DNA of 64,000 bases from the human T2T-CHM13v2.0 reference genome, Homo sapiens (GCF_009914755.1 NC_060929.1), one strand, 5' to 3'; positions 13,126 through 27,031 are shown, numbered from the stretch's first letter. Program-made: numbers and translations. The notes: generated from the letters alone by a model not told the origin.

Positions 13126-14076
13126 CGCTGCATTTTATTTATTTGAGATGAGAAAGATGTTCATGGGGGAGTCAGAGCCTTCTTCAGTAGAAATCATCCA
13201 GTAGTTTTTATTGTTTTGTTTCTTCCCAGGGCCTGCTCTTCCACTTGGCAAATTCGGAGCTGGAAGGTGGGGTGGGATGGCGACTTGGGAAAGAAAACAA
13301 GGATTAAAGACACAATGGATGCCCAAGAGAAAAGAAAACTTAATTGTACATTTTTGTAATAACCCTGTTTGATAACCATTGAGAGAACTCCAAATGTTTT
13401 GTCCACCTAAGAGCAACCCTCTGTCTTCAGGGAAACAGGAGCTGCATCCCCAGCACTGCCTCCCTGCCTGGGGGCGGGCATTTGACCCTAGCTGTGCCAA
13501 TCATAGCATTCCACCTCCACAGCAATAGTAATTGGTCCAGGCATGAGCACATGACTCAAACCAGGCCAATCACATCCTTTTCTGAGATTTTTTATTTAAA
13601 ATTGGAGCTCATAACCTTACTTACCCCTCTAGCAAAAGGTAATGGTAGGTCTTCCCAGATCATCTGGCAAACACATTCTTAACCTTGTGGAGACACTGAC
13701 TGGAACAAATTAAACATATGCCAATAAAGTAAAGAAAAGATGGGCAGTTTCTCTTTCTCCCTTCCAAAAGCCCTGATTTCTGTTTAGAAAGCTATGTAGT
13801 CCTAGAAACATTGACTCTCCCTGTCCCTGTGACCCCAGAGTGGACCACTTGGCCTGGGCTGGGCACTCAGCACATTCCATTTCCCCACTGCAGAAACTGC
13901 CCAAGATGGGCAGTTATCAAGGCTAGTCCAATCAGAGTGAATTAAAGACTTGTACTGAATGCTGAAGTGCAGTGTCTCTTTCCTGTTGGATGAGAACCAA
14001 CCAGGAAGCATGCAACTACCCTGTGAGCTTCCATTTTGGGACCAGCAGGCAAGCCAGTCTTGGAATAAGTTTGATC

Positions 14077-14394
14077 CTTTTTTTTTTTTTTAAATGTATG
14101 TATGTATGTATTTTTTGAGATGGAGTTTCACTCTGTCACCCAGGCTGTAGGGCAATGGTGAGATCTTGGCTCACTGCAACCTCTGCCACCTGGGTTCAAG
14201 CTATTCTCCTGCCTCAGCCTCCCGAGTAGCTGGGATTACAGGCTCCTGCCACCACTCCTGGCTAATTTTTGTATTTTTAGTGGAGATGGGGTTTTGCCAT
14301 GTTGGGCAGGCTGGTCTCGAACTCCTGACCTCACATGATCCACTCGCCTTGGCCTCCCAAAGTGATTACAGGCGTGAGCCACCTTCGCCTGGCC
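14077..14394 (-). mobile_element. AluS with (TATG)n-interrupted tail
   Basis: Full antisense dimer. Confidence 0.9.
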
Positions 14395-14403
14395 TGAGAT
14401 TGA

Positions 14404-14704
14404 TTTTTTTTTTTTTTTTTTTGAGACGGAGTCTCGCTCTGTCGCCCAAGCAGGAGTGCAGTGGTGCAATCTCAACTGACTGCAGCCTCCGCCTTTGGGG
14501 TTCAAGTGATTCTTCTGCCTCAGCCTCCTGAGTAGCTGGGACTACAGGCACGCACCACCATGCCCGGCTAACTTTTGTATTTTTAGTAGAGATAGAGTTT
14601 CACCCTATTGGCCAGGCTGGTCTCGAATTCCTGACCTCCAGTGATCCGCCTGCTTTGGCCTCCCAAAGTGCTGGGATTACAGGCATGAGCCACTGCACCC
14701 AGCC
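14404..14704 (-). mobile_element. AluS
   Basis: Full antisense dimer with poly-T. Confidence 0.95.
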
Positions 14705-15037
14705 GAGAATGATTCTTAAGGAAGAGAGACAAGCAGAGATTCTGGGTCTAGCTAGTTGACCACTTCTTCCCTGAAGCCCATCCTATCTCTGGCTCCTCCT
14801 GATACGGAAGTCATAAATCCCCTCTATGGTCTAAAATACGACCACAAGCCTCTCAGCTGACAAGTTAGTCTTGATGCTATTTGAATTCTGGTTCCAGTCA
14901 GCTGAAAAGCCAGGTCAATGGGATTTTCCCTCACCAGTGATTTGTTATATGAGTGATTACACTCTTGTTTTTTCTTAAAAAATATATTTTTTAAATTTTA
15001 ATGAAAACTTAGAGACATATACAAAAGTAGAATAATA

Positions 15038-15249
15038 TCAGGTTGGTGCAAAAGCAGTTGTGGTTTTTGCCATTACTTTCAATCTATCAACTAATGGTAA
15101 TGATCCTGATTTGAATCTAATTCAGACATCCAATTAGAAACTTGACGCCGGGCATAGTGGCTCATGCCTGTAATCCCAGCACTTTGGGAGGCTGAGTTTT
15201 GCCATTACTGTCAATGGCAAAAACCACAACTACTTTTGCACCAATGTAA
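15038..15249. mobile_element. MADE1 (Hsmar1-derived MITE) split by a ~113-bp insert
   Basis: TIR halves tcaggttggtgcaaaag... (15038-15083) and ...cttttgcaccaatgtaa (15197-15249); TA flanks. Confidence 0.9.
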
Positions 15250-15360
15250 TATAAGGCACTTGTTCTCAACCAGGGTTGAGGGTGTCAAAGGGGGCAAAAA
15301 TTAGTTCTTGTGGAGGGAGTGAATAAATCTTAGGCAAATCTCTAAATAAGATTCTTTTAA

Positions 15361-15660
15361 GGCCAGGCTTGGTGGCTCACACCTGTAATCCTAGCACTGG
15401 TAGGCCCAGGTGGGTGGATCATTTGATTCCAGGAGTTTGAGATTAGCCTGGGCAACATGGCAAAACCCCATCTCTACTACAAAAAATACAAATATTTACC
15501 TAGGCGTGGTGGCGTGCACCTGTAGTCCCAGCTACTGGGAGGGGGCTGAGGTGGGAGGATTGCCTGAGTCTAGGAAGTCAAAGCTGCAGTGAGCAGTGAT
15601 CACACTGTACTCCAGCCTGGGTGACAGAGTGAGACCCCATCTCAAAAAAAAAAAAAAAAA
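15361..15660 (+). mobile_element. AluJ
   Basis: Dimer with J-type diagnostics (gcctgggcaacatgg, gaggattgcctgag) and A tail. Confidence 0.9.
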
Positions 15661-15745
15661 GATTAAAAGCTAGTAACCACAATATTGTCATGCCTAAAAC
15701 ATTAAAAATACCTTCTTAATATCATAAAATACCCAATGTTCAAGG

Positions 15746-16039
15746 TTTTTTTGTTTTTGTTTTTGAGACAGAGTCTTGCTGCATTGCCCAGGCTGGAGTA
15801 CAGTTGCACAATCTTGGCTCACTGCAACTCCTGCCTCCTGGGTTCAAGTGATCCTCAGCCTCCTGAATATCTGGGACTACAAGTATATGCCACCATGCCC
15901 GGCTTATTTTTTTGTATTTTTAGTAGAGAAAGGGTTTTGCCATGTTGGCCAGGCTGGTCTTGAACTCCTGGCCTCAAGTGATCTGTCCGCCTCAGCCTCC
16001 CAAAGTGCTGGGATTACAGGCGTGAGCCACGTGCCTGGC
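15746..16039 (-). mobile_element. Alu (Jb/Sz-like)
   Basis: Antisense dimer, ggcctcaagtgatc. Confidence 0.9.
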
Positions 16040-16907
16040 GTCAAGTTTCTAATTGGATGTCTGAATTAGATTCAAGTCAGGATCATTGCCATTAGTTGAT
16101 AGACCTCTTAAGTCTATTTAACATAAAGTTCTCCATGGTTCTCTTTCTTTTTTCTTGCAATTTACTTGTTGAAGACACTGGGTCATTTGTCTGTAGAGTC
16201 TCTCACAGTGTGGATTTTGTAGATTGCATTCTTGTGGTATCATTTAACATGTTCCTCTGTGCTTTAATTTGTTGCTCGGCTTTTATTGGGGTATGGCTGA
16301 TTGACAGTAAACTGCATCTATTTAGAGTGTACAGTTTTATAAACTTTCACAGATGTATACATCCACGAAACCATTACCACAATTGAGATAGTGAACATAG
16401 CCTTTGTCCCAACGGTGTCCTCTTGACTGTCATCACTCCCCCATGGATGCCACCCTCCCATAAGAAAGCACTGTTCTCATTTGTGTTACTATAATTTAGT
16501 TTGCATTTCTTAGTGTTTTAGCTAGAATCATAGAATATGTACTTTTTTGTCTGGCTTCTTTCACTCAGCATAATTATTTTGAGATTAATCTATGTTGTTG
16601 TTTGCATAAATATTTCATTCCTGTTTATTGCTAAATAATATTCAATTGAATGGCTATATCATGATTTGTTGTTAGCCATTTGAATTTTTTCCAGTTTTTG
16701 GCTTTTACAAACAAAGCTGCTCTGAACATTTGGGTACAAGTTTTTACATGGATATATATTTCCTTTTCTCTTGGGAATTTCCTAAGAGTGGAACGGCTGG
16801 ATCATATTGTAAGCATGTGTTTAACTGCACCCACCATGAGAGTGCCATTTCCTCTACATTCTCACCAATACTTGTTATGGTCAGTCTTTTTCACTGAAAC
16901 CATTCTA

Positions 16908-16986
16908 TTAGGTTGGTACAAAAGTAATTGCAGTTTTGCTCTCAAAAGTAATGGCAAAAACCCCAATTACTTTTGCACACACCTAA
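16908..16986. mobile_element. MADE1 (intact, ~80 bp palindrome)
   Basis: ttaggttggtacaaaagtaattgc ... caattacttttgcacacacctaa flanked by TA. Confidence 0.95.
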
Positions 16987-17154
16987 TAATATGTGAGTAG
17001 TGTGTGTGTGTGTGTGAATTCTAGCTCCTTTGCTAGAATTTTAAAATTAGCTTGCTAATTTGTACAAAAAAATGCTCCCTGATATTTTTATTAAGATTGT
17101 GTTGCATATAGGGATCAAACCAGGAGAATTGCCATGTTAAATATTGACTATTCT

Positions 17155-17463
<309 letters not shown>

Positions 17464-18726
17464 CTACTTGTTTGTCTTTGAGAGCTTCTTTCAGCAAGGT
17501 TTCATAGTTTAGAGTGTACTAGTCTTCTGCATCTTTTGTCAAATGTCTGTTTCACATTTTTAATGTTTTATAAATGATATTTTAAAAAGTTGTAATTTCT
17601 GATTGTTTCTGACATACAAAAATATAATCTGCCCTGGTCTACACATCTTGTATCCTGCAATCTTGCCCAAAGTCATTTATTCGTACTAGTAGCTTTTTTT
17701 TTTTGCATTTCTTTGGATTTTCTACATAGACAAATACAGTTTTGCTTCTTCCTTTCTAATCAGGATGCCTTTTATGTATCTTTTTCCTTTTATTACTGGC
17801 TACGAACTCCAGAACAATGTTTAATAGGAGTGGTGAGAGCTTGTCTTGTCTTGTTTCTGATCTCAGGAGGAAGGCATTCAGTCTTTCATCAGTAAGTGTG
17901 ATTTTTTGTTGTAAGTGGTTTGCAGATTTTTTTTTTAATCGGGTTAGGTTCCTTTCTGTTCCTAGTTTTCTAAGAGATTTTTTCTAAAAAATCAGGAATG
18001 GGCATTGAATTTTTTTGAATGCTTTTTATGTCTGTGTAAGTGATCATATGGTTTCTGTTTTGTAGTTACTATTGTAAGTTAAACATTGATTGATTTTTCT
18101 AATAATGACCAACCTTTAATTTCTGACACATAGTCAGTCCAATTGGTTATTATGCTTTTAGTATGTTGTCAGATTCAAATTGCTAAAATTTGTTTAGACT
18201 TTTTTTCCCTATCTGTATTTATGAGCATTATTGGTCTGTAGTTTTCTTTTCTCACAATGTCTTTTTCTGGTTTTGGTATCTGGGTAATGCTTGCTTCATG
18301 GAACAAATTGGGGGAATATTTGCTCCTCTTCAATTTTTTGGAAGAATTTGTGTAGAACTGGCGTTTTTTCTTCCCCTAAATATTTGATAACATTCACGAT
18401 GAAGTGATGTGGACTGGAAGTTTTCTTTGTGGGAAGGTTTAAACTACAACTGCAACTTCTAAAATAGATAAGGGGCTATTCCCCTTGACTATTGCTTCTT
18501 AAGTGAGCTTTTGTAGTTTGTATCTTTCATGAATTTGTCTCTTTAAGTTTTCAGATTTATTGGCATAAAGAGTACACAGTATTCTCTTATCCTTTTAATA
18601 TCTATAGAATCTGTACTGATGGCACCTCTCTTATTTTTGATCTTGATAATTTTTATTTTCTTTCCTTTTTTCCTGATCTATCTGGCTAGAAATTTATCAA
18701 TTTTATTTATCTTTTTAAACAACTAG

Positions 18727-19137
<411 letters not shown>

Positions 19138-19207
19138 TAAATTTAATATCTCTTCTTATTCTAGTTTTGTAAAAGGAAAGTTGGACTCACTGATTTAAGA
19201 TGTGATT

Positions 19208-19489
19208 ATTTTCTTTTCTTCTTTTTTCTTTTGAGACAGGTTCTTGCTCTGTTACCCAAACTGGAGTACAGCTCACTGTAGCCTCAACCTCCTGGGCTAA
19301 AGCGATCCTCCCATCTCAGCCTCCTGAGTAGCTGAGACTACAGGCGCATGTCACCATGCCCAGCTAATTTTTAAAGCATTTTTTGTATGCTTTATGCTCT
19401 GTGTTGGCCAGGCTGATTGCTAATTCCTGGACTCAACACTTTGGCCTCCCAAAGTGTTGGGATTACAGGCAAGAGCCACTGCACCCAGC
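19208..19489 (-). mobile_element. AluJ
   Basis: Diverged antisense dimer. Confidence 0.85.
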
Positions 19490-20676
19490 AGACCTTTATT
19501 ATTTTCTAATATAGGCATTTAGTGCTATAAATTTCCCACTAAATGATGTGTTAGCAGCCTCCCACAGATTTTGATATGTTGTATTTTCACTTTCATTCAG
19601 TCCAAAATATAAGTGTCTTTTGACTTTTTTCTTTGATCCGTGGGTTATTTTGAAGTATGGTATTTAATTTCCCAACACTTGGGGGTTTTCCAGAGATCTT
19701 TTTGTTGCTGATTTTTAATTAATTCTATTTTTGTCAGATAACACACTTTTTATGACTTGAATCCTTCTGAATTTATTGAGATTTGTTTTATGACCCAGAA
19801 TGTGGTCTATCTTGATAAATGTTCTATGTACACTTGAGAAGAATGTGTATTCTGTTGTTGTTGGATGGAATGTTCTGTAAATGTCAATCAGGTCAAGTTG
19901 ATTGATAGTGTTATTCATCTTCTATATTCTTGTTGACTTTCTATATAGTTGTTCTATTCATTATTGATGATATTAAAATTTCTGACTATGGTCGTGGATT
20001 TTTAAATTTCTCCCTGCAGTGCTATCATTTTTTACTTCATGTATTTTGAAACTCTGTTATTAGGTACATAGGTGTATAGAATTGTTATGTTCTTTTGATT
20101 AATTGTCCCCCTTTATTACAAAATAAACTTCTTTTTATCTTATAATAGTTTTTGCTCTGAAGTATACCTTGTCTAATATTAATATGGCCACTCCAGCTAT
20201 CTTTGAACTGTGTTAACATGCTATATAATTTTCCATCTTTTTACTCAACCTATTGGTGTCTTCATATTTAAAGTGTGTTTCTTGTAGACAGCATAGAGTC
20301 TGGTCCTGCCTTTTAAAAAAATGCAATCTGGTAATTCCTGTATTTTAATTGGGAATGTTTAGATCACTTATATTTAATGTGTTTATTAATATAGTTACTT
20401 TGAAGCCTATCATCTTATTTGTGTTCTATTTCCCGTCATTCTTTGTTTCCTTTTTCCTTTTGTTCTGACTTTTTTGGATTAATTTTCATTTTATTTTTTA
20501 AAATTGACAAATAATAATTGTATATATTCATGGAAAGCATAGTGATGTTTCAATACATATAATGTATAGTGATCAGATCAGGGTAATTAGCATATTCATC
20601 ATCTCAAACATTTTATTGTTTCTTTGTTTTGGGAACATTCAGTATCCTCCTGGATTAATTTTTTTAATGATTCTAT

Positions 20677-20983
20677 TTTATTTATTATTATTGTTTTTGA
20701 GACAGAGCCTTGCTCTGTTGCCCAGGCTGGAGTGCAGTGGTGCAATCTCAGCTTACTACAACCTCTTCCTCCTGGGTTCAAGTGATTCTCGTGCCTGAGC
20801 CTCCCGAGTAGCTGAGATTATGGGTATGCACCACCACGCCCAGCTAATTTTTTTGTATTTTTAGTAGAGATGGGGTTTCGCTATATTTGGCCAGGCTGGT
20901 CTCCAACTCCTGGCCTCAAGTAATCTGCCTGTCTTGGCCTCCCAATGTGCTGGGATTACAGGTGTGAACCACCACGCCTGGCC
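20677..20983 (-). mobile_element. Alu (Jb/Sz-like)
   Basis: Antisense dimer; TSD tgattc(t/c)att. Confidence 0.9.
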
Positions 20984-22227
20984 TGTGATTCCATTTTATA
21001 TGGTGCACTATTAGTAAATTATTAGCTATAACTGTTTGTTTTGTTATTTTAGTAGTTGTTTTAGGGTTTATAAGGTATATGTTTATTTATTGCAATCTAT
21101 CTTCAAGCAAGTACTATTATACCACTTCATGTACAGTATAAGCTTAGAATAATGTACTTCTATTGCCTCCTTCCTATTCTTTATACTTATTGTCATGTAT
21201 CTTACTTTTGCTTATGTTTTAAAATCCAGACTACATTGTTAGTGTTTTTGTATGGTCAATTTTATGTAAGGAGTTTCAAAAAATTAAAAAAAATTATATA
21301 TTTACTTACATAGTTACCATTTTTGGTATTCGTCATTCCTTTGTCTGGAACCAGATTTCCAGCTGGTATTATTTTTTTCTGCCCGAAGCCCTCACTTTAA
21401 CATTTCTTATAGTGTGGATCTGCTGGTGATTAATTTCCTCAGCTTTTGTGAGTCTTTACTTCACTTTCATTTTTCAATATTTTAACTAAGTATAGTGAAA
21501 ATATTTTATTGTCAATTACGTTGAGAATGTTTTTCTTTCAGTAGCCTAATGATGTTTATCTGCTGTCTTCTTGATTGCCATATTTCTGACAAGAAATCTG
21601 TGCCATCCTTATTTTGATTTCTCTCTACATGACATGTCTTTTTCTTTTTTCTTTGGCTGCCTTTAAGATGTTCTTTTGCTAACTGGTCTTTACAAATTTG
21701 ATTATAACATGTAATTTTCTTCAGTTTTTTTTTTCTTTTTTTTTTTTTTGGTGTGGGTGTGTGCTTGGATTCTTTGAGCTTTTTAGATCTATGGCAAGTT
21801 TAGAAAATTTTTGGTCGTTGTTTCTTCAGATATTTTTTATGTCCCCACCTCACTCCTGTTATTTGGTGACTCAAATTATATACATAATAGGCTGCTTGAC
21901 CTTGTCCCACAACTCACTGATACTTTTTTAAAATTAATAGACTTTATTTTTTAGAGCAGTTTTAGATGTGCAGAAAAATCATGCAGATAATTCCCATATG
22001 TCCATTCTCCCCTCTCCTTCCTATAGCTTTTTTAGTGTTATACGTTAGTTACAATTGATGAACCAACACTGATCCATTATTGCTAACTCAAGTCCATAGT
22101 TTACATTAGGGTTCACTCTTTGTGTTGTACATTCTAGGTATGTTGACAAATGATGATATCATATATCCACCATTACAGTATCATACAGAATCATTTCTCT
22201 GCCTTGAAAACAATCCCCTATGCTCCA

Positions 22228-22284
22228 CCTAAATGTACCTGCTTCCCCTAAATGTACCTGCTTCCCCTAAATGTACCTGCTTCC
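22228..22284 (+). repeat. 19-bp tandem repeat, 3 perfect copies (cctaaatgtacctgcttcc)
   Basis: Direct reading. Confidence 0.95.
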
Positions 22285-23295
22285 CCTCTCCCTGGAAACC
22301 ACTATCTTTTATTGTCTGTCTATATTTGCCTTTTCCAGAATGTCCTATAGTTGGAATCACACAGTATGTAGCCTTTTTCAAACTGATTTCTTTCATTTAG
22401 CAATACTCATTTATACTTCCTTCAGGTCTTATTATGGCTTGATAGCTCATCTCTTTTTATCCATCAATAATATTCTATTGTATATATGTTTGTTTTTACC
22501 ATTCACCTATTGAAGGACATCCTGGTTGCCTCCAGTTTGGGGCAATTATGAATAAAGCCATAATAAACATTCATATACAGGTTTTTATGTAGACATATGT
22601 GTTCAACCCAATTACTTAAGTACCTAGGAACATGGTTGCTGGATTGTATGGTAAGAGAATGTTTAATTTTGTAAGAAACTACCAAATTGTCTTCTAGAGT
22701 GGCTGCAACATTTTGTATTCCCACCAGCAATAAATGAGAGTTCCTGAGAGTTCCTGTTGCCTCGGATCCTTGTTAGCCTCTGGTATTGTCAGATTTTTAG
22801 TCATTCTGCTAAATGGTATACAGCGCTATCCCATTGTTGGTTTGATTTGCAGTTTCCTAAAGACATATGATGTTGAGCATCTTTTCTATGTTTATTTGTA
22901 ATTTATGTATCTTCTTTGATGAGATGTCTGCTTAGATCTTTTGCCATTTTAAATTTGGCTTGTTTGTTTCTTATTGTTGAGTTTTAAAAGATCTTCACAT
23001 ATTTTGGATGCCAGTCTTTTATGTGTTTGGCAAATATTTTCTCCTACTGTGTGACTTGTCTTTGCATTCTCTTATCAAGGACTTTCTGAGATCAGAAGTT
23101 TGTAATTTTTAATGAAGTCCAATTTTTCAAGTATTTCTTTCATGGATCAGGGTTTTGGTGTTGTATAATAAAAGTCATTGCCAAACCCAGGGTTATTTAG
23201 ATTTTCTCCTATGTCATCTTCTAGTAGTTTACATTTAGGTCTATGATTCATTTTGAGCAAATTTTTATGAAAGGTATAAGGTCTGTGTCTAGAAC

Positions 23296-23366
23296 CTTCC
23301 CTCCCTCCATCTCTCCCTCCCTCCCTCCCTTCCTTTCTTCCTTCCTTACTTTCTTTCTTCCTTCCC
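23296..23366. repeat. CT-rich (CCCT/CCTT)n simple repeat
   Basis: Direct reading. Confidence 0.9.
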
Positions 23367-24447
23367 TGTTGTTTCTGCATGTGATGTTGCATGTCCACTT
23401 GTTTCGGCACCATTTGTTGAAAACACTACCCCTTGCTCCATTGCCTTTGCTACCCTTGAATTGCCTTTGCTCCTATGTCAAAGATCAGTTGACTACTTGT
23501 ATAGGTCTATTTCTGGTCTCTGTTCTGTTCCATTGATCTGTTCATCTATTCTTTTACTAATACTACACTGTCTTGATTACTGTAGCGTTACAGTAAGTCT
23601 TGAATCAGATATTATTGGTCCCCTGACTGTTTTTCCTTAGTACTGTGTTGGCTATTCTGGGTCATTCATCTTTCCATATAAATTTTAGAACCAGTTTGTC
23701 AAAATCCACAAAATAACTTGCTGAAATTTTGACTGGGATGGCATTGAATCTATAGATCAACTGACATCTTGGCAATATTGAGTCTTCCTCTTCATAAACA
23801 TGAAGTATCTATTTATTTAGATTTCTTTTGATTTCTTTAATCAGTTTTGTAGTTTTCGTCATGTAGATCTTATACATATTTTATTAGATTCATAACCAAG
23901 TATTTTTAATGCTAATATAAATGGTATTGTGTTTGAAATTTCAAATTTCAGTGGTTCATTGCTGGTATATAGGAAAACAATTGACTTATGTATAAACCTT
24001 TTATCCTGGCAAGCTTGCTATAATTGATCATTGGTTCAGGTTTGTTAATTCTTTAGGATTTTTCTATATAAAAATCATGTCATCTGTGAACAAGGACAGT
24101 TTTCATTTATTTCTTTCCAGTCTGTGTATATTTATCTCCTTTTCTTGTCTTAGGTCATCAGCTAGAACTTCCAGTACAATGTTGAATAGGAATGATGAGA
24201 GAGTACATCCTAATCTTAGGGGGAAGACATCCAGTTTCTCATCATGAAGTATGACAGTAGCTGTAGGTTTTTTATAGATGTTCTGTATTAAACTGAGGAA
24301 TTTCTCCTCTATTTCTAGTTTGCTGAATTTTTATCGAGATGGAGGTTGGATTTTGTCAAATGCTTTTTATCCATTTATTCATATGAGCATATGATTTTTT
24401 CTTTAGCTTCTTGATGTGACAGATTATATTTATTGATTTTGAATGTT

Positions 24448-25563
24448 TTTTAAAACTGTACAGATACTGTGATGATTTTAATTGCATATGAAATTAACTT
24501 CGTTATCTTCAGGCTTATCACATCAAAGGTTTACTTGCAAAATTGGACCTTTGTTCTTATTCAGTAAATCCGTGTTACAAGATGAGCCAGGATTTAGATA
24601 TGTAAATATATGTAACTTTTTAGTATCTTTCATTTCAAATTAGAACTACATATTTGGAATTTACTGCTGTAGTCTCGTGTTAATGGCTGACATGAGAAGA
24701 CATTAAAAAAAATCCTGAAGTTATCCATGCTTGCTGTTTATTTAGTCTTCTTGTTTGGAACAAAAAGTAAATAATTCACAAATACTACCACCTAAGCCCC
24801 TGTTTCAAATGAAACATCAGTCTTCAGCTTGCAAAATAATGTCTTTATAATTAAGGAAATAGCAGCAGAAAACCTATGCTAGTTGCTTTTTTCTTCCTGG
24901 AGAAGTTGACAGGATAACTGCAATCCTAGGGGCATCTCTGTGTTGAATCTGAGACGTGGAACAAAAAGAAAAGTGGCCTTTTCCATTCCAAGCCATGGAG
25001 GTAATGTGTAGAGAAGAGACAACCACATTTCAAGAAGAGAGAAAGTAACTGGATAAAAGAAGCAGGACTGCCCGCTTTAGGAGACAACATAGAGATACTT
25101 GCCACGTCCCGAGTTCAGAATTTTTTTTTTTTTTGAGATGCATATCAAGGCACCTAAAGTTCGAGAAAAGATGTTCTTCCTGTGTTAAGGAAGCTGCACT
25201 GGGGTTAATTTAAAAAGATGTCAGAAGTCGCAGAGAAGCGGTTCTCAAGCTTTTATGGAACACTGTCCTGTTTGAGAATCTGCTGATATTATGGACCTTC
25301 TTCTTTCTACAAAAATGTGTAATTGTGCATAAAATTTCCAATAGTTTATAGTCACCTACTTAAGACCTTTGCTTTAGAGTAGATTATTACTCCCCGCTGT
25401 AAGGTAGGGAAGAAAAATATTCCATTCCTTTCCTCTGGTTGATATCTTTTTTTCTTCTCCTTGCACAGTCCAACAGACACACTCGGCCTCCCAGAAAGCA
25501 GCTGGCCCCCTGGCCAAGAGGCCAGTTTGCAGCATCGTGATCATTCCACCATCTTTGCTGCCA
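24448..25563 (-). pseudogene. Processed retrocopy of a non-coding transcript, most likely lncRNA OIP5-AS1 (Cyrano), short isoform
   Basis: TSD tttgaat(g/c)tt at 24438-24447 and 25564-25573; ATTAAA on - at 24477-24482 ahead of a short A tail; 5' end GCAAAGATGGTGGAATG and internal GCCCCTAGGATTGCAGTTATC / GCTGAAGACTGATGTTTCATTT resemble OIP5-AS1 sequences recalled from memory (not database-checked). Confidence 0.7.
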
Positions 25564-26277
25564 TTTGAATCTTGAATCAGCTTTGCGTACCTGTAATAAA
25601 TTCCACTTAGCCATGGCATGTAGTTTTTTAAAAATACATTGTTGAATTTGATTTGCTAATGTTTTGCTGAAGATTTTTGTATTTATGTTCTTGAAAGATG
25701 TTGATCTGAAGTCTTCCTTTCTTGTAATTTCTTTATCTGGTTTTGATATTAGGGTAATGCTGGACTCACAGAATAAGTTAAGAAGTGTTCTGGAAGAGAT
25801 GATAGAGAATTAGTATCATTTCTTCCTTAAGTGGTACAGTTTACCAGTGAAATCAGCTGGACCTGATGTTTTCTGTTTTGGAAGGTTATTAATTCTGGTT
25901 AAATTTTGTTAAAGATACAGGCCTATCAGATTGTCTATTTCTCTTTGTGTGAGTTTTGGTAGATTGTGTCCTTCAAGTAAATGGTCAATTTCAATTAAGT
26001 TATTAAATTTTGGACATAGAGTTGTTGATGCTCTTTTTATTTTTTTCTTTTTTCTTCTGTGTAATTATGGGTAATTTCTATGTCTTCAAGTTCACTCATC
26101 TTTTTTTCTGCGATGTCTCATCTGCTTTTAATCTTAGACAATATATTTTTCCTCTTAAACATTATAAATTTTATCTCTAGAAGTTTGATTTGGGTATTTT
26201 GTATATCTTCCATATCTCTACCTAATGTTGAATTTATAGAGTATAATTTTCATAACTGTTTTAATGTCCTTTGATGA

Positions 26278-26615
<338 letters not shown>

Positions 26616-27031
26616 TGATTTATTGATTATTGTCCTCATTATAGTTTGTGTTTTTGCCACCTCTATGCATGCTTGATAATCCCTGATGATTGAGTGCCAT
26701 ATGTGAATTTTGTCAGGTGTTTAATATGTTTGTATTTTTATAAATATGTGCTCTGGAATCCAATTTACTTGGAAATAGTTTGATCTTTCTGGGGTCTTGC
26801 TTTTATTATTTGTTAGGAAGGTTTAGAGCAATGCTTAGTCTAGGACTAATTATTCCACATGACTAAAGAAAGACCCTTGTGAGTACTCCACCCAATGATC
26901 CGTGAATTGTTCGATTTTAACGTCTGCCTGGTGTCAGTAAGCACTGTTCTTAGCCCTGTGTGAGTGCGAGATACTATTGCTTTGAATCCTTTCAGATGTT
27001 TGTTTGTTTGTTTTTTTCCACAGCCTCAGGT

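Larger units (their letters stand above)
21925..26025 (-). mobile_element. L1MC-type element nested in the older L1
   Basis: 3' end aaattaatagactttattttttagagcagttttag; ORF2 remnants to ~26025; split by the retrocopy. Confidence 0.75.

Noticed and set aside
14166-14551. Alu-derived ORFs (and equivalents at other Alus)
   Set aside because: Standard translations of Alu consensus; no evidence of coding
24690-24715. Possible miR-7 site in the retrocopy (aatgtcttct on - strand)
   Set aside because: Lacks the full GTCTTCC seed match and the extended pairing of the Cyrano site
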